Below are positions 19,664 through 27,806 of a stretch of 64,000 nt of DNA, piece after piece (positions within the stretch are counted from its first letter, which is position 1; each line of letters begins with the position of its first letter). The stretch comes from Candidatus Latescibacterota bacterium (GTDB lineage Bacteria; Latescibacterota; UBA2968; UBA8231), in NCBI GenBank assembly GCA_965242865.1, contig CBDETK010000013.1:1248001-1312000 (forward strand), given 5' to 3'. Both the position numbers and the translations under genes were made by a program. The notes below the pieces were generated by a model. That model was not told the DNA's origin and searched no databases. It saw only the letters and a program-made list of their open reading frames with translations.

Positions 19664-19812
19664 CGCTTGCACCTCCTGTGCGCGAGAAAGGGTCGGACGT
19701 AATTCTAGGCGGCGACCAGCAGGCGGGCAAGCGGCCTGCTTGCCGCTCCAGCCGCATCTCTTACCTTAATAAAGACGTGAACAGTAACCCACCCCACTCA
19801 GGAGGAACCATC

Positions 19813-20175
19813 ATGCAGCACCCCCCCGAAGTCAGCCCTGATCTCGCGCACGTAGAGTTGTCCAAGCGGTTAGACAGCATTGAGCGCCGCCTCGACCGCA
19901 TGGAGACCAATCAACGCGAGGACAACGCCCAACTGCGGCAGGATATGAACCAAGCCAACGTCCAACTGCGGCAAGACAATGTCCAACTGCGGCAGGACAT
20001 GCAGCAAGACAATGCCCAACTGCGGCAGGATATGAACCAAGCCAACGCTCAACTGCGGCAGGAAATAGCGGAGACCAACCGCCGCATTGACCGATTAACC
20101 CGCTGGGTTATCGGCATTCAGCTTACAACGCTGATTGCCTTAGGCACCCTGATCTTGACGCGCCTGCCGGGCTAA
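19813..20175 (+). CDS. DUF1640/CCDC90-like coiled-coil protein with C-terminal TM anchor, copy 1 (120 aa)
   Basis: SD AGGAGG; (DNxQLRQ) and (DMNQANxQLRQ) repeats followed by WVIGIQLTTLIALGTLIL. Confidence 0.75.
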   Translation: MQHPPEVSPDLAHVELSKRLDSIERRLDRMETNQREDNAQLRQDMNQANVQLRQDNVQLRQDMQQDNAQLRQDMNQANAQLRQEIAETNRRIDRLTRWVIGIQLTTLIALGTLILTRLPG

Positions 20176-20232
20176 TAAACCACCCTAGTCCACCGTGCTA
20201 ATAAAAAGCGGTTGGATGGCGTGGTGATCATT

Positions 20233-20328
20233 GAAGATTTGAATAAAAAAGCCGCGACGCCTCTTAAGTATCAACGAATAATAAATACATAAGTGATTGT
20301 TTTTAATAAATTTATGAAGTGGGGGGGG
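20233..20328 (+). promoter_or_regulatory. AT-rich upstream element with IHF-like sites and G8 tract, copy 1
   Basis: TATCAACGAATAA and TAAGTGATTGTTT (reverse AAACAATCACTTA) each differ from WATCAANNNNTTR at one position; ATG at 20314 then G8 at 20321-20328. Confidence 0.6.
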
Positions 20329-22981
20329 AATTGCCTTCCTCGCCATCTTGGGCACCGCCCACATCCTCGTCCGTACCGCCACCTACGGCGCGGTCATCGG
20401 CACGGACTCCATAGTTTTCCTGTCCACGGCCCTGAACTTCCTCGCCGGCGAAGGCTGGCGAGATTTCGGGGGCAAACTGATGGTGGGCTGGCCGCCCTTG
20501 TTCCCCCTGCTGCTGGCGGCTCTCGGTTGGGTAGGCATCGAGCCGCTGGAAGCAGGGCGACTGATCAACGCCGCGGCCTTCGGGCTGACCATCCTCGCCG
20601 CGGGATGCTGGCTGCGCTCGAATCTCCGGTCGCGGTGGCTGGCACTGGCCGCCACTGCGACCCTCGCGGCCTCCCTGCCCTTGAGCAATTGGGCGTCCCA
20701 CTTCATGACCGATCCCCTCTTCGTCTTGTTTACGCTCCTCGCCTTGAGCCAGTTGGCGGCCTTTCTCAACCGAAAGACGGACGCGCCCCTGTGGTGGGCG
20801 GCGGTGTTCACCGCCTTAGCCGCGCTGACCCGCTATCCGGGCGTGGTGCTCATCGGTGCCGGCGTTCTCATGCTGCTGCCCCTCGCCCGGCTAAGACACA
20901 CCCTCGTCTTTGCCGCGGTCTCGTCCCTGCCCTTGCTCGCGGTATTGGCACGCAATTGGACGGTCTCCGAGACCTTGACTGGGCGAGATACGAAGGGCTC
21001 GGGGCAGTCCCTATCCGAGGGGCTAAGCCAGACTGTCAAGGTATTCCGCGAGTGGGTCGTCCCCCCGAACGCGCCGGATGGGCTCGCATATCTGCTGTGG
21101 CTGGCGGTCGGGTTGGTGGGGTTGGCTGGCGCGGTGGTCGCCCTGCGCGGTCGCCAGCCCCAGAGGCCGGCGTATTTCCGCTTGGGGCCGGTGCTCCCTT
21201 TCGGGGTGTTCGCCCTAGCTTACCTCGTATTCAAAGTCACTGTCGTGCCCTTCACGGTTGCTCATGGCATCTCCGACCGTTACCTGCTGCCGGTGCATGT
21301 ACCGCTGCTGTTGGCGGCGGTGTTCCTGCTCGATCGGTTCCTGTCCATACAGGCGGCGGGCGGAATGGCCACGGCCCGTTACGGGCTGGCGGCCCTCGTC
21401 ATTGCTGGCGCCTTCGCCCACACCGGCTTCTCGGCGCGAGAAAACCTCCGTCTTACCGCCCAAGGACGGGTAGCCGGATACCATTATGAAAGCGTCCGTT
21501 ATCAGCATTCCGAGACCCTGAATTACATCAGGACCCATCTTAGCAATGGTAGGATTTACAGCAACCACCCCGTCCTTGCTTGGTTTTGGGATCGGACTGC
21601 GGTCCCGAGAAAGCACCAGTCTATCCCGGACGAGATTCACCATTTGACGTCGTCCATAATGTATTGGACCGATGGAGACGGTGCATATATCGTATGGCTA
21701 AAGCATCTTTCCGACTACGACTACGACTACGACTACGACTACGACGACTTTGACATCCGCTACCTGCCCGGGGTGGAACCCGTGGCCGAGCTAGCCGATG
21801 GCGTGGTATTCCGCGTAACGGCCGCCGAACCATTCGATGCGGAAAAGCATCGCGCCCGCAAACAACGCTACGTGCAGCAACTCATCGAACAGGCTGGCGA
21901 GCGAGTGGTCCACGCCGGCTGGGACGTATACCGCAACGGACGCACGCTGACCTACCACAAACAGCCGTGTGCCCCCGACGATGTGCAGGCGAATTTCGTG
22001 TTGCACGTCATCCCCGCCGACCCAGCCGACCTGCCAGCCGACCGCCAGCAGCACGGCTATGAAGGCTTCGGCTTCAACTTTCACACCCGCGGCGGCTTAC
22101 AGATCGACGATCAGTGTATGGCGACCACCCAACTCCCCGACTACCCCATCGGCCTCATCCGGGTCGGCCGGTGGATTGCCAAAGAGGACCGCACCGTGTT
22201 GGGAGCGGAGTTTTCGGGCACCGGGGATGGATCCTACGGGGAATTCTCCGAGATCCTGAAGTACATCCGAGACCACCGCATGGACGGCCCGATATACAGC
22301 AACCACCACCACCTTGCTTGGTTTTGGGATCGGACCGCGACCCCGGGAAAGCACCAGCCTCTCCCGGACGAGATTCACCATTTGCCGTCGGCCATAATGC
22401 AGTCCGGCGACAGCGTGCATATCGCATGGCTCCGAAAGAAAAAGACTTTGTACGACTACAACGACCTCTGCATCCGCTTGCTGCCCGGCGTGGAACCCGT
22501 GGCCGAGCTAGCCGATGGGGTGGTCTTCCGCGTAACGGCCGCCGAACCGTTCGATGCGGCAAGGCATCGCACCCGCAAACAACGCTATGTGCAGCAACTC
22601 ATCCAACAGGCCGGCGAGCGAGTGGTCCACGCCGACTCGACTTGGCCGGTCAGCACTTGGGGCGCAGAACCGGCTGGCGAGCAGGTGGTTCGCGCCGGCT
22701 GGGACGTGTACCGCAACGGACGCACCCTGACCTACCGCAAACAGCCGTGTGCCCCCGCCGACGTGCAGACCGATCTCCTTTTACAAGTCATCCCCGACGA
22801 CCCGGCCGACCTACAGGCCGACTTTGACAACCTCGACTTCAATTTCCACGCCCACGGCGGCGTGCGGCTCGACGACCAGTGTGTGGCAACCGCCCAACTC
22901 CCCGACTACCCCATCGGACGCACCTATATTGGCCGGTGGATTGCCGGCAACAGCCGCACCCTCTGGGACGTGGATTTTTAG
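20314..22981 (+). CDS. GT-C glycosyltransferase paralog 6, frameshifted at the G8 tract (OFF state) and fused to a second extracytoplasmic half
   Basis: ATG at 20314 reads MKWGGNC out of frame; G7 or G10 would give ...GIAFLAILG as in paralog 7. The main frame is open 20348-22981 (877 aa). Confidence 0.75.
21713..21742 (+). repeat. (GACTAC)5 in-frame hexamer repeat encoding DYDYDYDYDY
   Basis: Read directly from the sequence. Confidence 0.9.
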
Positions 22982-22985
22982 GAAT

Positions 22986-23019
22986 CCCGAGTATGCCGGA
23001 CGTCCTCGGCATACTCGGG
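22986..23019. terminator. 13-bp perfect hairpin between convergent genes (paralog 6 and higA)
   Basis: CCCGAGTATGCCG-gacgtcct-CGGCATACTCGGG; no U tract; a degenerate copy lies at about 24047-24080. Confidence 0.5.
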
Positions 23020-23078
23020 CTATGGGGTATTCGCTGGCTATGTAGGAGCAGCCGAAGGGCATTCGACCGCGACGGAGC

Positions 23079-23477
23079 CTAGACGAATACTGCGGGGGAA
23101 ACGCCGAACCGATTGGACAAAGCACGTATCTGCCGGACGTTCAGCACCCGCTTGCCGCCGAGGACCGCCGAAACAACCCCTTGCGAACCCACCTCTGGCA
23201 AGTCCGCCTCGGTCAGATCGTGCTCCTCCATGAGAAAACAAAGGGCCTCCACCCCCTCCAGCTCGGGCATGGGATGGTGTTGTTCCTCCCAAGCATGGAC
23301 AACCGCACCCAACGTATCGAGCAGAGAATACAGGGGATGCTGCTCATCCGTGCCCACTTCGTCGATCAGGCGGTTGAGACGCACCAGTGCCAAGTCATAT
23401 TCCTGCTCGTCCCGAATGCTGAGTAAGGCACTTACTTGCGTCCAAGATTGCTGAAGCGGCGGGGCGATGACACTCAT
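23079..23477 (-). CDS. higA: HigA-family HTH antitoxin
   Basis: IRDEQEYD...LLDTLG...WEEQH...LMEEHDL...GSQGVVS.VL.GKR.LNVRQIRALS.RFGVSPAVF; ATG overlaps the higB remnant stop. Confidence 0.8.
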   Translation of the reverse strand: MSVIAPPLQQSWTQVSALLSIRDEQEYDLALVRLNRLIDEVGTDEQHPLYSLLDTLGAVVHAWEEQHHPMPELEGVEALCFLMEEHDLTEADLPEVGSQGVVSAVLGGKRVLNVRQIRALSNRFGVSPAVFV

Positions 23478-23590
23478 GTCGTCCATTCTCCACGGTCGTA
23501 GGCTGGGTGCGTAAGGACATGGCGGATATATACTTTTCCCCGATTGAAGTGAATAGAGGCAATCAGGCGATACTTATTGCCGGCGATACG
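23474..23590 (-). pseudogene. higB: 5'-truncated HigB toxin remnant
   Basis: IAGNKYRLIASIHFNRGKVYIRHVLTHPAYDRGEWTT* is the typical HigB C-terminus; the N-terminal half is absent. Confidence 0.75.
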
Positions 23591-23659
23591 GTATCGCAAT
23601 CTGCGATATATTGCAATAAGCGGTCAGTCCGCCGCGATGCGGTTGAGAAACCTCGGCGG

Positions 23660-24042
23660 GCCGTAGACTCCATAACTTTTCTGTCCACGGCCACGAACTT
23701 CCTCGCGGGAGAGGGCTGGTGGGATGTCAGGGGCGACCCGCTGGTGGGATGGCCGCCGTTGTTCCCCCTGCTGCTGGCGGCCTCGGGTTGGGTCGGCCTT
23801 GATGCAGACCGGACCGCCGCCTCGGGAAAACACCAGCGTCTCCCGGACGAGCTTCACGATGTGATACCTCACATAATGGCGACATGGCGACCGGCGGCAC
23901 CGGCGCGCATATCGTTTGGTTCAGGAGGCAAAAGAATTTTTACGACGACGACGACATGAACCTCCGTCTCCTGCCCGGCGTGGAACCCGTGGCCAAACTG
24001 GCCGATGGCGTAGTATTCCGCGTCTGGGACGTGGACTTTTAG
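23660..24042 (+). pseudogene. Collapsed GT-C paralog remnant made of three spliced segments
   Basis: DSITFLSTATNFLAGEGW...GWVGLD | ADRTAASGKHQ...GVVFRV | WDVDF*; junctions near 23803 and 24023. Confidence 0.8.
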
Positions 24043-24171
24043 GGATCCCGTTGATGCCGGACGTCCTCGGCATACTCGGGCTATGGGGTGTTTGGGACTG
24101 GATGTTCGATGGCTAGGTAGGCGGGCAAGCGGCCTGCTTGCCGCTCCAGCCGCATCTCTTACCTTATAAAC

Positions 24172-24957
24172 GTGAACAGTAAAGACTATCTGCACGCCCT
24201 CTTCGCCTGCGAGGGCCGCCACGCTATTGTCACGGGGGCCTCCAGCGGCTTAGGCGCCGAAATGGCCCGCGTCCTCGTCTCAGCGGGCGCGGACGTCCTC
24301 GCGGTCGCCCGCCGCCAAGAGCGTCTCCAAGCATTGGCCGACCAAGTGCAAGACCGCGCCGGAACCATCCACGTACACGCGGCCGACCTCAGCGACACCG
24401 CCGCCATCGCCGCCCTGCCCGAGCAGGCGCAGGCGCGGCTCGGCGGCTGCGACATCTTGGTCGCCAATGCTGGCACCGCCACCCGCGTCCGCCTCGAAGA
24501 CATGGCCGAGCAGGACTTTGCCGTGGTCGTCGATCTCAACCTCAAGGCTCAGTGGCTACTCGCCAAAGCCTGCTTCCCCTTGCTTTGCCAATCGGGCACC
24601 GGCCGCATCGTCAACATCGCCTCGATTTACGGCTTGGGGGCCTCGGTGATCAACGGCCTGAGTGCGTACACCGCCAGCAAACACGGGCTCGTGGGGCTGA
24701 CGCGCTCGCAGGCGGTGGAGTGGAGCCGGCACGGCATCACCGCAAACGCCATCGCCCCGAGCTACTTTCCCACCGAATTGACCGAGACCGCGCTCGACAA
24801 CGAGAAGATGAGCACTCGCCTGCGTAGCTTTACGCCACAGGGCCGCTTTGGCCAGCCGGCCGAGCTGGCTACCACCCTACTCTTCTTGTGCTCAAAGGCC
24901 AGTGGCTACGTCAACGGGGCCGTCGTCCCCGTAGATGGCGGCTGGACGGCGTGGTGA
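24172..24957 (+). CDS. Short-chain dehydrogenase/reductase (FabG-like)
   Basis: TGASSGLG, NAG, YTASK and VDGGWTA. Confidence 0.9.
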   Translation: MNSKDYLHALFACEGRHAIVTGASSGLGAEMARVLVSAGADVLAVARRQERLQALADQVQDRAGTIHVHAADLSDTAAIAALPEQAQARLGGCDILVANAGTATRVRLEDMAEQDFAVVVDLNLKAQWLLAKACFPLLCQSGTGRIVNIASIYGLGASVINGLSAYTASKHGLVGLTRSQAVEWSRHGITANAIAPSYFPTELTETALDNEKMSTRLRSFTPQGRFGQPAELATTLLFLCSKASGYVNGAVVPVDGGWTAW

Positions 24958-25011
24958 TAATGGCCACTGGCCGGAAGCCCTGGAGACCCACCCTACTCAG
25001 GAGGAACCATC

Positions 25012-25308
25012 ATGCAGCATCCCCCCGAAGTCAGCCCTGATCTCGCGCACGTGGAGTTGTCCAAGCGGCTAGACAGCATTGAGCGCCGCCTCGACCGCAT
25101 GGAGACCAACCAACGCGAGGATAACGCCCAACTGCGGCAGGACAATGTCCAACTGCGGCAAGATATGAACCAAGCCAACGCCCAACTGCGGCAGGAAATA
25201 GCGGAGACCAACCGCCGCATTGACCGATTAACCCGCTGGATGATCGGCATTCAGCTTACAACGCTGATTGCATTGGGCACCCTGATCTTAACTCGTTTGC
25301 CGGGCTAA
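25012..25308 (+). CDS. DUF1640/CCDC90-like coiled-coil membrane protein, copy 2 (98 aa)
   Basis: Near identical to 19813-20175 with fewer repeats. Confidence 0.75.
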   Translation: MQHPPEVSPDLAHVELSKRLDSIERRLDRMETNQREDNAQLRQDNVQLRQDMNQANAQLRQEIAETNRRIDRLTRWMIGIQLTTLIALGTLILTRLPG

Positions 25309-25406
25309 TGAACCACCCCGTCCCCGTAGATGGCGGCTGGACGGCGTGGTGATAATGGCCACTGGCCGGAAGCCCTAGAGACTCACCCCACTCAGGAGGA
25401 ACCATC

Positions 25407-25682
25407 ATGCAGCATCCCCCCGAAGTCAGCCCTGATCTCGCGCACGTGGAGTTGTCCAAGCGGCTAGACAGCATTGAGCGCCGCCTCGACCGCATGGAGA
25501 CCAACCAACGCGAGGACAACGCCCAACTGCGACAAGATATGAACCAAGCTAACGCCCAACTGCGGCAGGAAATAGCGGAGACCAACCGCCGCATTGACCG
25601 ATTAACCCGCTGGATGATCGGCATTCAGCTTACAACGCTGATTGCATTGGGCACCCTGATCTTGACGCGCTTGCCGGGCTAA
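25407..25682 (+). CDS. DUF1640/CCDC90-like coiled-coil membrane protein, copy 3 (91 aa)
   Basis: Near identical to copy 2 minus one heptad. Confidence 0.75.
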   Translation: MQHPPEVSPDLAHVELSKRLDSIERRLDRMETNQREDNAQLRQDMNQANAQLRQEIAETNRRIDRLTRWMIGIQLTTLIALGTLILTRLPG

Positions 25683-25756
25683 TGAACCACCTAGTCCACC
25701 GTGCGGAGCGAAGATTGCCGAGCGAATAAAAAGCGGTTGGACGGCGTGGTGATCAT

Positions 25757-25861
25757 TGAAGATTTGAATAAAAAAGCCGCGACGCATCCTGAGTATCAAC
25801 GAATAATAAATACGTAAGTGATTGTTTTTAATAAACTTATGAAACGAGGGGGGGGGGGGGG
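25757..25861 (+). promoter_or_regulatory. AT-rich upstream element with G14 tract, copy 2
   Basis: Near identical to 20233-20328; ATG at 25839 and G14 at 25848-25861. Confidence 0.6.
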
Positions 25862-27803
25862 AATTGCCTTCCTCGCCATCTTGGGCACCGCCCACATCCT
25901 CGTCCGCACCGCCCCCTCCGGAGCACTGCGCGGTGCCGACTCCATGAAATTCCTATACACCGCCATGAACTTCCTCGCGGGAGAAGGCTGGCAGGATTTC
26001 ATGGGCCTCCCGCTGACAGGATGGCCGCCCTTGTTCCCTCTGCTGCTGGCGGCCAGTGCCTGGGTTGGCATTGAGCCGGTGGAGGCGGGTCGGTGGATCA
26101 ACGCCACCGCCTTCGGGCTGACCATCCTCGCCGCGGGATGCTGGCTGTGCACGAATCTCCGGTCGCGGTGGCTGGTGCTGGCCACCACCGCGGTCGCGGC
26201 CTCCCTGCCCTTGAGCTATGAAGCGTCACGCTTCATTACCGAGCCCCTCTTCGTCCTGTTTACGCTCCTCGCCTTGATGCACTTGGCGTCCTTCCTCCAC
26301 CGGCGGACGGACGCGCCCCTGTGGTGGGCGGCGGGTTTCACCGCGCTGGCCGCGCTGACCCGCTATCCGGGCGTGGTGCTAATCGGCACCGGCGTCCTGC
26401 TGCTGCTGCCCCGCGCCCGGCTCAAGCAGACCCTCGGCTTTGGCGCGATCTCGTCCCTGCCCTTGCTGGCGGTATTGGTGCATAATTGGGCGGTCTCCGA
26501 GACCCTGACCGGGAGACCTACGAAGACCTCGGGACAGTCCCTATCCGCTGGGCTGAGCCAGATCGTTGATGTATTCAGTGAGTGGGTCGTCCCTCCGAAC
26601 GCACCGGATGGGGTGGCGTATCTGCTGTGGCTGGCGGTCGGGTTGGTCGGGCTGGCCGGCGCGGCGGTCGTCCTGCACCGGTCGCCAGCCGGACCCAGGG
26701 CCGCGCCGGCGTATTTCCGCTTGGAGCCGGCTATCCCATTCGGGGTATTCGCCGTAGCCTACTCCGTATCTCTGGTCGCTGTCGTGCCCTTCACGGTAAC
26801 TCAGATCGTCGACAGCCGCTACCTGCTGCCGGTGTATGTGCCGCTGCTATTGACGGCGGTGTTGCTGTTGGACCGGTTCCTGTCCATCGAGATGTGGGTC
26901 GGAGGGGTTGCCATCCGGTACGGTCTGGCGTCCCTCGTCTTGCTGGCGTCCCTCGCCCACACCGGCTTCTCAGCGCGAAGAAACCTCCAAATTACCGCCA
27001 GAATATTGGAAGGCGGGTGGGTTCCTCGCACTCCCTCGCAGGCAACTCATGCCTCTTGGCCACATTCCGATTGGCAATATTCCGAGACCCTGATGTACTT
27101 TAGGACCAACCGCATGGATGGCAGGATTTACACCAACGACATCGGATTCCTCGCTTGGTCTGAGGATTGGCTCACCGCCCCAGGAGAGTACCGAAAGTAC
27201 CGACAAATCCCGCGCGGGAAGCCAAACAGGAAGGGATGGACCGAGATCGAGGCCGGAGCCTATATCGTTTGGTTTGACAGAGCCCATGATCCAGTTCATT
27301 ATCGCTACGATGCCCTTGATTACCGTCTCCTGCCTGGCGTGGAAACCGTGGCCGAACTGGCCGACGGCGTGGTCCTCCGCGTACTCCGCCAAACGACAGC
27401 CGAACCCTTCGAGACACAAAGGCATCGCGCCCGCAAACAACGCTACATCAACCAACTCATCCAACAGGCTAACGAGCGAGTAGAGCGCGCTGGCTGGACC
27501 GTGTACCGCACCGGACGCAAGCTGACCTACTTCAAAAAGCCGTGTACCCGCGCCGATGTGCAGGCCAAGTTCGTCTTGCACGTCACCCCCGCCGATTTGG
27601 CCGACCTGCTCGCCCACCGTCAGCGATACGGCTTTGACAATCTCGACTTCTATTTCGACCGGCACGACGTCCGGCTCTACAACGAGTGTGTGGAGGTCAT
27701 CCGCCTCCCCCCTTACCCCATCGACCGTATCCGGGTCGGCCAGTGGATTTCCGCCGAGAACCGCACCCTCTGGGACGCAGAATTTGCGGGGGCCGGGGAT
27801 TGA
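25839..27803 (+). CDS. GT-C glycosyltransferase paralog 7 (G14 tract in frame, ON)
   Basis: MKRGGGGGIAFLAILG...ADSMKFL...TEPLF...TRYPG...SRYLLP. Confidence 0.8.
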   Translation: MKRGGGGGIAFLAILGTAHILVRTAPSGALRGADSMKFLYTAMNFLAGEGWQDFMGLPLTGWPPLFPLLLAASAWVGIEPVEAGRWINATAFGLTILAAGCWLCTNLRSRWLVLATTAVAASLPLSYEASRFITEPLFVLFTLLALMHLASFLHRRTDAPLWWAAGFTALAALTRYPGVVLIGTGVLLLLPRARLKQTLGFGAISSLPLLAVLVHNWAVSETLTGRPTKTSGQSLSAGLSQIVDVFSEWVVPPNAPDGVAYLLWLAVGLVGLAGAAVVLHRSPAGPRAAPAYFRLEPAIPFGVFAVAYSVSLVAVVPFTVTQIVDSRYLLPVYVPLLLTAVLLLDRFLSIEMWVGGVAIRYGLASLVLLASLAHTGFSARRNLQITARILEGGWVPRTPSQATHASWPHSDWQYSETLMYFRTNRMDGRIYTNDIGFLAWSEDWLTAPGEYRKYRQIPRGKPNRKGWTEIEAGAYIVWFDRAHDPVHYRYDALDYRLLPGVETVAELADGVVLRVLRQTTAEPFETQRHRARKQRYINQLIQQANERVERAGWTVYRTGRKLTYFKKPCTRADVQAKFVLHVTPADLADLLAHRQRYGFDNLDFYFDRHDVRLYNECVEVIRLPPYPIDRIRVGQWISAENRTLWDAEFAGAGD

Positions 27804-27806
27804 ACG

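Larger units (their letters stand above)
24924..25692 (+). repeat. Tandem duplication (about 395-bp unit) of SDR 3' end plus coiled-coil gene
   Basis: CGTCCCCGTAGATGGCGGCTGGACGGCGTGGTGATAATGGCCACTGGCCGGAAGCCCT at 24924 and 25319, each followed by the same gene. Confidence 0.9.
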
